Virus record (IMG/VR): IMGVR_UViG_3300039918_000037
Span: 1 to 6,700 of that record
DNA from: a virus
Length of the DNA stretch: 6,700 bases
Strand: one strand, 5' to 3'
Each line of letters starts with the position of its first letter. Within the stretch, counting starts at the first letter, position 1. The position numbers and the translations under genes were made by a program. Under the pieces are notes generated by a model. It saw only the letters and a list, made by a program, of their open reading frames with translations. It made no database searches and was not told where the DNA came from. Of the stretch, positions 1 through 5,560 are shown piece after piece.

Positions 1-55
1 ACTGTGAAATCCCCCGGCCGGCGCCGAACCGTTATAGCCAGGTGCCGCCGGCGCC
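1..55. repeat. Direct terminal repeat, left copy (identical to 6646-6700); circularisation overlap
   Basis: Base-by-base comparison: actgtgaaatcccccggccggcgccgaaccgttatagccaggtgccgccggcgcc occurs at both ends. It lies inside a coding frame, so it is not an att-type repeat. Confidence 0.95.
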
Positions 56-705
56 GAAACGGATGATGCATCAGATGCAGTAGTCTTTTTCTTGATGTAG
101 GAAGTGAAGTACCAGGCCATGGCCACCAGGAGCACCGCGAGCACCGCCAGGAGCTTGTAGCGACCAGGTATGAAGGCCTTGACCGTATGCACTTCGGCGC
201 TCTTGTAGAGCGAATAAATCGACTTATCGAACTTCCAGCGCTTTTTCTCCGAATCCTTACGCGCAGCCGACTTATCGCAATTGTCCTTGACCGACTCCCA
301 ACGATGGACAGTAGAAGCCTGAGAGCCATTGATACGCACCATGTGTTCGTGCCGAGCTGCCAGACGACGCACAGAAGGATCGATCAAGGCCGGGTGCTGT
401 GTGATGAACACCAGGTCAATGCCGAGGTGACGGTGCGTCTCGAGGTCAGCGACGTATTGCGGCGGCTGCGCGCCCATCGACCTGTTACGAAAAATCTTCT
501 GCGCTTCATCCAGGACAACAATAGAACCCGGTGGACACTTGGCCCACTCCTTCGGGTCCTCCAGGAGGACCCAATCGAGCGTCAATTCCGGAATGCCGTG
601 ATAGTAAACCTGCCGGTTTTCCCTCTGCGACCACTCCCGCACCTGGGAAATCGTGTAAAGAGTTTTACCGTTACCAGGTAACCCGGTTATCAAGTGAATA
701 GGCAT
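1..705 (-). CDS. Zot / pI-family phage assembly ATPase, N-terminal ATPase plus TM helix; 235 codons in window, stop seen in the duplicated end
   Basis: Hand translation from ATG 705 gives MPIHLITGLPGNGKTLYTISQVREWSQRENRQVYYHGIPELTLDWVLLEDPKEWAKCPPGSIVVLDEAQKIFRNRSMGAQPPQYVADLETHRHLGIDLVFITQHP... and stays open to base 1. Walker A is GLPGNGKT and Walker B is VVLDEAQ. One TM helix (YKLLAVLAVLLVAMAWYFTSYI) is followed by a Ser/Ala/Pro linker. The ATG overlaps the upstream stop (TAATG). It is absent from the ORF track only because its stop lies beyond the left edge. Confidence 0.9.
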   Translation of the reverse strand, partial: MPIHLITGLPGNGKTLYTISQVREWSQRENRQVYYHGIPELTLDWVLLEDPKEWAKCPPGSIVVLDEAQKIFRNRSMGAQPPQYVADLETHRHLGIDLVFITQHPALIDPSVRRLAARHEHMVRINGSQASTVHRWESVKDNCDKSAARKDSEKKRWKFDKSIYSLYKSAEVHTVKAFIPGRYKLLAVLAVLLVAMAWYFTSYIKKKTTASDASSVSAPAAPGYNGSAPAGGFHS

Positions 706-1022
706 TACGCGGTACCTCCAACGTATTTAGTGACTAGCTTAGTAAATCCATCCCCTCCCAGGGTTTTGATAAACAGAGCAGCAGTAAACGCAGAGAATAT
801 TAGCGAGAGAGCTTTATCGACCCAGAGATAAGCGAGGAATTGCAGAATCTTAGGATCAAGAGCGTTCAGGTTAGATTTGATGTTATCGAATATCCACTGA
901 AACGCCATGTCGAAGCCCTGGTACGTAACGTAACTCATGCCCATCGAGAACAAGGCTCGACCGACGACAGACCCGACAATTGACAGCAGCAGACCGGCCA
1001 GAGGCCCAAGAAAAGCAAGCAT
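705..1022 (-). CDS. pVI-like small integral membrane virion/assembly protein (105 aa)
   Basis: ATG 1022 lies 1 nt after the pIII-like stop (TAATATG) and its stop overlaps the Zot ATG. It has two to three hydrophobic helices (LAFLGPLAGLLLSIVGSVVG; LSLIFSAFTAALFI). The position immediately upstream of pI is that of gVI. From memory it resembles the DUF2523-type proteins found before zot in proteobacterial inoviruses; this is unverified. Confidence 0.75.
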   Translation of the reverse strand: MLAFLGPLAGLLLSIVGSVVGRALFSMGMSYVTYQGFDMAFQWIFDNIKSNLNALDPKILQFLAYLWVDKALSLIFSAFTAALFIKTLGGDGFTKLVTKYVGGTA

Positions 1023-1023
1023 A

Positions 1024-2415
1024 TTAGTCCCTCAGTACGGCACCCGCGAGGATGCGCCATGAAATTAAACTAGCAACGACCATCAGCATGTACCGGAAGG
1101 GCAACAGATACTGACTCCATTTAGATAAAGGAACGAGTATTTCCTGTCCCTGAATATTCACTGAAACATCTTCAAAAGCAGCACCTGCGCCTAAAAAGCT
1201 TTCACTCTTTAGACCAGGGAGACTGACAAATTGCCCGTTCTTAGGATTGGGTAATCCTTCCAGGTCTTTACCGTCAATTGCAGCCTGGCCTTTAGCAGCT
1301 AACGGACTCGCTTTCAGCGCTTCCTCATCGGAACGTTGCTTACATTCCATGGCAGCAGCAGCACGCAAGGTCGCGCACTGGATGGCATCGCCGACGCACT
1401 GAATCTGACCGCACGTACCCGTTACCGAGCCTTCCCGACAAATTGACAAGTTGGGATTCGTTTTGCACAGGTCGAACTTGTCGTCCTCCGGTCCGCGATC
1501 AGACTTGCCAGCGGCACCAGTCGGCGTAGCGGAAGTATCAGCGGTGCCGGACGTAGTCTTCGTACCGTCAGCCTTGGTGACAGTGACGGTGACAGTCTTC
1601 GTTGTTGATCCGTCCGTATTCGTCGTAATAACGGTCTTGGTGTTCGTGGTCGAACCATCGGACCCGGTTTCGTTCTTCTCCGTCTCAGTCTTCGGCTGTG
1701 GCGGCTTGGCCGGTGGCGTTGAACCTGTTCCGATGCACATCGGGATGCCAGACGCGCTCATACCAGCGTGAACGGTTCCCGCCGGGCAAGGCCCCTTGCC
1801 CGGCGGGTCTGTAGGCTTAGGAGGACTCTCGATAGGAGGCGACTTTACAGGCGGGTCGGCGGGAACTTCAGGGGTGTCGTTGCCGCCACTACCAGGACTA
1901 TCAACACCGCTGTACTTGTCACCAGTTCGCTTAACCATCCACATACAATAAGACCCGGTACCCGACTTGCGGCAGACCATCATCTCAATCGCATCAACCA
2001 CACACCCACCGAAGTGACCAGGTGCGGGATACGGGCCAGCACCAGGATAATTCCACCGACGCACTATAGGGTTTTTGTCGGAGCACGGATCGGGTGCGAC
2101 TACTGGCGGAACAGCTTTTGCCTGGCAACGACCCGTGTCATTGTTGAAGAAGGGTTCATCGTTGTAGCAGGTGCGAGGGTAGACAGCCAGGTAACGCTGC
2201 TCATCAGCACCGACTTTGCCGTAACAGTCGCTACCCCCGATGAGACGCGTAAACGTGATCCCGTTCACAGCACCGCGTTTGCAGGCATCGAGCGCAGTAG
2301 TTCCGTTAACGCCCGAATTACTGCCGTAGTAGCTATCGGCAGCAAAGGCCATGCCCGACAACAGCGTCAGTGACAAGCCAAGGAGCCACCAGGCAAAGAG
2401 ACGAAGCGCCCTCAT
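1024..2415 (-). CDS. pIII-like adsorption / minor coat protein (463 aa)
   Basis: Signal peptide MRALRLFAWWLLGLSLTLLSGMAFA|AD, then a Cys-rich N-terminal domain. Long Pro-rich (PPVKSPPIESPPKPTDPP) and Thr/Gly-rich linkers follow, then a Cys-rich C-domain and a C-terminal TM anchor (YLLPFRYMLMVVASLISWRILAGAV). The gene sits between the major coat and pVI-like genes. Confidence 0.85.
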   Translation of the reverse strand: MRALRLFAWWLLGLSLTLLSGMAFAADSYYGSNSGVNGTTALDACKRGAVNGITFTRLIGGSDCYGKVGADEQRYLAVYPRTCYNDEPFFNNDTGRCQAKAVPPVVAPDPCSDKNPIVRRWNYPGAGPYPAPGHFGGCVVDAIEMMVCRKSGTGSYCMWMVKRTGDKYSGVDSPGSGGNDTPEVPADPPVKSPPIESPPKPTDPPGKGPCPAGTVHAGMSASGIPMCIGTGSTPPAKPPQPKTETEKNETGSDGSTTNTKTVITTNTDGSTTKTVTVTVTKADGTKTTSGTADTSATPTGAAGKSDRGPEDDKFDLCKTNPNLSICREGSVTGTCGQIQCVGDAIQCATLRAAAAMECKQRSDEEALKASPLAAKGQAAIDGKDLEGLPNPKNGQFVSLPGLKSESFLGAGAAFEDVSVNIQGQEILVPLSKWSQYLLPFRYMLMVVASLISWRILAGAVLRD

Positions 2416-2427
2416 GATGCGACTCGC

Positions 2428-2487
2428 TCAATCACGAAACAAAATCCACCACGTACCGATATAAGCGACCAAAAGAACGATAGCCAC
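2428..2487 (-). CDS. Candidate 19-codon hydrophobic mini-ORF (MAIVLLVAYIGTWWILFRD), either a pVII/pIX-like micro-protein or a leader peptide for gIII
   Basis: A consensus SD AGGAGG (2499->2494) lies 6 nt upstream of GTG 2487. The frame is open to TGA 2430-2428, which is 12 nt before the pIII ATG. It is too short for the ORF track, and there is no homology evidence. Confidence 0.35.
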   Translation of the reverse strand: MAIVLLVAYIGTWWILFRD

Positions 2488-2510
2488 ACACAACCTCCTA
2501 GGCGTAAACG

Positions 2511-2536
2511 AAAAAAAGGGGAGCAATCAGCTCCCC
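2511..2536 (-). terminator. Rho-independent terminator after the major coat gene
   Basis: The minus strand reads GGGGAGC-UGAUU-GCUCCCC followed by seven U (plus-strand A run 2511-2517). It lies about 20 nt downstream of the coat stop. This mirrors the terminator after gVIII in Ff phages. Confidence 0.85.
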
Positions 2537-2555
2537 AGGTAGGCACCTGGCCCGA

Positions 2556-2768
2556 TTACATCGCCGAACGGATGTACTTGAAGCACTTGATGCCGACGAC
2601 CACGACCAGCACGGCGGAGCCGACGACAGCAGCAGCGGTACCGGCTTCGGTCAGAGCGGCGGTGATAGCAGCGGTTTCGACAGCAGCCGAAGCCGAGGTA
2701 GCAGCAGTAGCAGCGACAGCAGCGACGAGCGCCGAACGGGTACGAGCCGATTTCAGGATTTTGTTCAT
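2556..2768 (-). CDS. Major coat protein (pVIII-like) precursor, 70 aa
   Basis: Signal peptide MNKILKSARTRSALVAAVAATAATSASA, then a 42-aa mature part: acidic N-terminus (AVETAAITAALTE), hydrophobic core (AAAVVGSAVLVVVVGI) and basic C-terminus (KCFKYIRSAM). The ATG overlaps the upstream stop (ATGA). A GAAGG SD lies upstream and a terminator downstream. Confidence 0.9.
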   Translation of the reverse strand: MNKILKSARTRSALVAAVAATAATSASAAVETAAITAALTEAGTAAAVVGSAVLVVVVGIKCFKYIRSAM

Positions 2769-3028
2769 GGTTGAATACCTTCGTTTTGGATTGGGTCAGG
2801 GATGGCTCTTGCCAGGAGCCGGAAAGTGTAGGCACCAGCCCAAAGCAAACCGACCGATAGGCCGATCACATGGGCGTTTTCGATACTCATGTTTCCCAGC
2901 TCCTGCCAGGAGTTAGAAGCACCGTCTTGAACCACGTAGGGACACGTGGACAAATCTTTGGCGGTCGGGTCCAGCGCAAGCAACAGCGTGCCGTCAGCCT
3001 GCTGGATAGCCCGAGCGCAGATAGCCAT
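2765..3028 (-). CDS. Small membrane protein (87 aa), possible minor coat/morphogenesis protein in the gVII/gIX position
   Basis: Its start overlaps the upstream stop (TAATG) and its stop overlaps the coat ATG, so it is translationally coupled on both sides. It has one C-terminal hydrophobic helix (VIGLSVGLLWAGAYTFRLLA). The function is assigned by position only. Confidence 0.65.
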   Translation of the reverse strand: MAICARAIQQADGTLLLALDPTAKDLSTCPYVVQDGASNSWQELGNMSIENAHVIGLSVGLLWAGAYTFRLLARAIPDPIQNEGIQP

Positions 3029-3375
3029 TACGCAGCCGGAGCCGAACGAGCGGCAGCAGCAGCCAACGCAGCAGCGTTAGGAAAAATCTTCGGCACGCCG
3101 ATGAACTTGAAGCCCACAACCGTAGCGGCCAGAGCGTTGCCTTTACCTGGGCGCATCTTCACGTCGACGTCGAACAGGCCCGGCAGATCGTGCTTCATGA
3201 TGTTGTTGAACACCTCAGCCTCGACCATGACTTTCATGGGCTTGCAGCCCTTTTCTTTATCGGTGGAGACGCGGTATTCGTTCGACATCCACACTTGGTG
3301 GAGATTTTGAACGACGCCCTGAGCGTCTGGAATTTCGTATTTGTCTGCGGACAGGATGAGAGCGATATCGGCCAT
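3028..3375 (-). CDS. Putative ssDNA-binding protein (gV position), 115 aa
   Basis: This is the first gene of the structural operon. A GAGG SD lies 8 nt upstream of ATG 3375. The protein is soluble with an Ala-rich tail. The functional call rests on synteny with Ff gV, not on a recognised motif. Confidence 0.6.
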   Translation of the reverse strand: MADIALILSADKYEIPDAQGVVQNLHQVWMSNEYRVSTDKEKGCKPMKVMVEAEVFNNIMKHDLPGLFDVDVKMRPGKGNALAATVVGFKFIGVPKIFPNAAALAAAAARSAPAA

Positions 3376-3438
3376 TTTTGTAACCTCAGTGAATATTGGT
3401 GAGAATCAATAAATTAGACCGCACCAAACCCCGGTCCA

Positions 3439-3786
3439 ATGCCCGAGAATGTATCTCCAACTGTTTACCCATGTCAATGCCCATTGACAGACGCCAAGTA
3501 CATGAAAACAACACTTGATTACCTTAACCAAGTGATTAAAAGACAATTAGGTATTGAAAATGACAACCAATTGGCCACGTACTTAGGGATCACCCGTCAG
3601 GCGATCCACCAGTACAAGCACGGTCAGAACATGTCAGTTTTGGTAGCAATCAAGATTGCTTTTGAACTTGAGATATCCCCACTGGAGACCGTTTCAGCGA
3701 CATTGCACGCCCAGGCAAAAACGGACGTGGAGCGGAATTTTTGGAAGGAACAGTACGACCGCGCAACGGCGATCGACCGAATTTAA
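3439..3786 (+). CDS. HTH (XRE/cI-like) transcriptional repressor; true start possibly ATG 3502 (94 aa)
   Basis: The helix-turn-helix signature is NQLATYLGITRQAIHQYKHGQ. It is the only plus-strand ORF that is not a shadow of a minus-strand gene. If the start is 3439 the operator falls inside the CDS, whereas ATG 3502 (MKTTLDYLNQ...) leaves it intergenic. Neither start has a clear SD. Confidence 0.8.
   Translation: MPENVSPTVYPCQCPLTDAKYMKTTLDYLNQVIKRQLGIENDNQLATYLGITRQAIHQYKHGQNMSVLVAIKIAFELEISPLETVSATLHAQAKTDVERNFWKEQYDRATAIDRI
3448..3477 (-). promoter_or_regulatory. Candidate sigma70 promoter for the gV/structural operon
   Basis: On the minus strand: -35 TTGACA (3477->3472), 18-nt spacer, -10 TACATT (3453->3448). 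The -35 box lies inside the left arm of the palindromic operator. Confidence 0.45.
3472..3489. promoter_or_regulatory. Perfect 18-bp palindromic operator TGTCAATG-CC-CATTGACA (copy 1)
   Basis: 8-bp arms are perfectly complementary with a 2-bp spacer. It sits in the divergent region between gV and the HTH gene. A near-identical copy is at 5542-5559, and a half-site-like GTCCAATGCCC is at 3434-3444. Confidence 0.6.
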
Positions 3787-5393
3787 TTCGACCTGGTCAG
3801 CTCTAAAATCGACTGCAGGAGCAGATCTTCGGCCCCGATCGGCAAATTTTCCACGGCAACGACTCTACCGGCTTCGGTTTGCTCCAGCAGCTCGAGGTAG
3901 GCGACGACTGCATCATGCCCCCCTGTCTCCGCACGCTCGAGCAGAATCTGGCGAACATCGGACTTCTGATGCAATACCAGCTTCCACTGGTCAGGCGTGA
4001 TCTTCACCAGCTCGCGCGCCTCCTCGCACTCCTCGACGGAAATTTCTTCATCGGTCTTTTGTTCGATGCCGAAAATTTGCTTGAGCCCGTCTGACCACAG
4101 AATTTGACGCTTGTTGTAAAACGCCTTGGCGAACTGGACGAACAACGCACCGAACCGCTTATGCGAGTGACCATCATCGCTACCATCGTGATAGGCGCGC
4201 AGAAGATCGAACGGCGTCATGCGCTCGAGCCTGCCCGTCTTGATGTGCTGCTTAGCCAGCTCGGACCCAGCACCCCACCGAGGCTCACGGCCAAATTTCG
4301 CAACGTACTCAGCCGACGATTCCATCCAGCGAACATCTACCCCGCGTTTTCGGTTGGGCAATGGAAGCCCTACAGCGACGCAGGCGCGATACCAGAGCCT
4401 GAACAGCTCGGAGCGCATGGATTCGAGCTTACGAGCCGTGAGCGGCTTCTCAGTGAGCCACAGGCCATGTTCGTGAGGATGCCAGCCATTGGCGTCGCCG
4501 TAGGTCACCTCGAGAGCACGAATATCACCAACGTAGCCGGTGGCCACTTTCAAGTCCTTGTAAGCACGCCATTCACGCATCTTGATCTTTGCAGCGGCAA
4601 ATTTTTTCAGCCAGTCGTCCAGGTCGTGGCCGCGCTGATGCGAGGCGGTGAGAGTCACCAGGTACAAGCCACCGCCCTGCTGCTTGTGCAAGTCAGTAGC
4701 CGACACAACCTCGACCTTGCGGCGCTCTGAAACCTTGGCGGCACATGGCGGACAGGTCCAGACGGAGCCACAGACCATGAGGCCGGAAAAATGAGCCTTC
4801 TTGATCTTGGCCGAGTACATGACCGCAACTTTCGGCGCAATCTTACGGCGAGTGCAGCCAGAAACGCGCCACTGCGTGCCTCGGGGAGTCTTCTCCAGGG
4901 CCAACAGCCGACCTGCGCTCGACTGAGCCGAAAAACGGGCTGCACGGGCATTTATTGCAGCGAATTCCGAATAGGATTCGAACACGGATTCGCCACGCCG
5001 TGAAACGACCCTAAGTCTTTGAATTTCCCCGGTATTTTCGTCAATCGCCTCGCGGAAAATGGCCTGTGATTCCGTGTTGTTACCAAGCGGCTGCTTCTCC
5101 GTCGGCGCTTGGCCGCCCGCGGCTGTCGCTTCTCCGTCGAGCTGCCTTTTTGCGCGCTCAAGACTCCGCACATAGGCCATGTACCCGGATTGCCTGACGA
5201 GATCAGGGGTAGACAAAGAACGTTGCTTGATAAGCAACTCTGCACGGGCTTTTTCCCGTTGCTCAAGAAGCCGGAGATTCCCTGAGGAAATGCTGCCGAG
5301 TGTAGCCGCGTCATGTCGGGCGGTTACTATCGCAGCAACAAGAGAAGGTTCTAGCGGAGAGGTCCGCTTGACTTTGGAAGATTTTTCCAACAA
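3783..5393 (-). CDS. Rolling-circle replication initiator (gII equivalent), HUH endonuclease of pC194/Rep_1-like type, up to 536 aa
   Basis: Motifs found: CGSVWTCPPCAAKVSERRK (Cys cluster typical of Rep_1 N-terminal regions), LYLVTLT, HUH motif WHPHEHGLW (codons at 4484-4467) and candidate catalytic Tyr in SAEYVAKFG. The annotated start is TTG 5393 with a weak SD, so the real start is uncertain; the next in-frame ATG is at 5180. Confidence 0.88.
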   Translation of the reverse strand: MLEKSSKVKRTSPLEPSLVAAIVTARHDAATLGSISSGNLRLLEQREKARAELLIKQRSLSTPDLVRQSGYMAYVRSLERAKRQLDGEATAAGGQAPTEKQPLGNNTESQAIFREAIDENTGEIQRLRVVSRRGESVFESYSEFAAINARAARFSAQSSAGRLLALEKTPRGTQWRVSGCTRRKIAPKVAVMYSAKIKKAHFSGLMVCGSVWTCPPCAAKVSERRKVEVVSATDLHKQQGGGLYLVTLTASHQRGHDLDDWLKKFAAAKIKMREWRAYKDLKVATGYVGDIRALEVTYGDANGWHPHEHGLWLTEKPLTARKLESMRSELFRLWYRACVAVGLPLPNRKRGVDVRWMESSAEYVAKFGREPRWGAGSELAKQHIKTGRLERMTPFDLLRAYHDGSDDGHSHKRFGALFVQFAKAFYNKRQILWSDGLKQIFGIEQKTDEEISVEECEEARELVKITPDQWKLVLHQKSDVRQILLERAETGGHDAVVAYLELLEQTEAGRVVAVENLPIGAEDLLLQSILELTRSN

Positions 5394-5437
5394 AATTTGC
5401 TCACTCTTGAAACTTGCCGTTGAAAGAGAACTGCTAC

Positions 5438-5472
5438 AAAGGGGCCGATCTGCAAATCGGTCCTTTTTTTTT
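5438..5472 (+). terminator. Intrinsic-terminator-like hairpin oriented on the plus strand
   Basis: Stem GGGGCCGAT (5441-5449) pairs with ATCGGTCC (5456-5463), with loop CTGCAA and one G.U pair. Nine T follow (5464-5472). On the minus strand only CUUUG follows the stem. It lies in the rep leader, about 45 nt upstream of the TTG start. Confidence 0.55.
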
Positions 5473-5530
5473 GCCTAGGGCTGCAACCCCGTACCGGCCA
5501 AAAAGGCATCCCGCTTTGTTACTTAGCGAC

Positions 5531-5560
5531 ACTCTAAATTGTGTCAATGGTCATTGTCAA
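5531..5560 (-). promoter_or_regulatory. Candidate sigma70 promoter for rep
   Basis: On the minus strand: -35 TTGACA (5560->5555), 18-nt spacer, -10 TAGAGT (5536->5531). A second TTGACA lies at 5547->5542. Both boxes sit inside operator copy 2. Confidence 0.4.
5542..5559. promoter_or_regulatory. Operator copy 2: TGTCAATG-GT-CATTGTCA
   Basis: It matches copy 1 at 15 of 16 arm positions with the same 2-bp spacer length. It lies in the large intergenic region upstream of rep. Confidence 0.55.

Noticed and set aside
1-55. Terminal 55-bp repeat as an att site, LTR or biological direct repeat
   Set aside because: The repeat lies inside the Zot coding frame, and the frame continues without interruption across the junction (the offset 6,645 is divisible by 3). 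This fits a circular molecule read past its origin, with a length matching a common assembler k-mer.
18-58. 11-bp direct repeat CCGGCGCCGAA at 18-28 and 48-58
   Set aside because: It encodes the repeated SAPA motif of the low-complexity linker at the end of the Zot ORF. Similarity does not extend beyond about 12 bp, so it is a coding-composition effect rather than a regulatory repeat.
187-681. 164-aa plus-strand ORF
   Set aside because: It lies entirely antisense to the Zot ATPase ORF, which has clear Walker A/B motifs. Its Arg/Leu-rich composition is typical of a shadow ORF in GC-rich DNA, and it has no SD.
688-694. CTTGATA on the minus strand (plus-strand TATCAAG) as a Rep nick site
   Set aside because: It lies within the first codons of the Zot gene, with no flanking hairpin or repeats. 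A single 7-mer match is expected by chance.
1422-2373. ORFs 1422-1658(-), 1451-1771(+) and 1768-2373(+) inside the pIII-like gene
   Set aside because: These are alternative-frame or antisense shadows of a gene with a signal peptide, linkers and a TM anchor. The translations are Arg/Pro/Val-rich low-complexity with no start signals.
2527-3402. ORFs 2527-2835(-), 2572-2916(+), 2870-3310(+) and 3190-3402(+)
   Set aside because: They overlap the coat, 87-aa and gV-position genes, which are tightly translationally coupled. ORF 2527-2835 would also run through the intrinsic terminator. Their composition is shadow-like (Cys/Arg or Ala runs).
3484-3489. Plus-strand TTGACA as the -35 box of the repressor promoter
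   Set aside because: No acceptable -10 lies 16-18 nt downstream (the sequence there is AACAAC), and it is only 12 nt from ATG 3502. The hexamer is simply the right arm of the palindromic operator.
4159-4166. dif-like / XerCD attP search (TTATGCGA here; GTGCGAATG at about 5578-5586)
   Set aside because: Only 8-9-nt partial matches to one arm of a dif-type 28-mer were found. There is no second arm at the correct 6-bp spacing, and one match is inside the rep coding sequence. That is not enough to call an attP.
3656-5478. Nine overlapping ORFs in other frames or on the opposite strand of rep (3656-4000, 3879-4094, 4004-4186, 4104-4730, 4219-4476, 4655-4951, 4791-5003, 4952-5314, 5179-5478)
   Set aside because: The rep frame carries the HUH and Cys-cluster motifs. 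The others are Arg/Ser/Pro-rich with no motifs or ribosome-binding sites.
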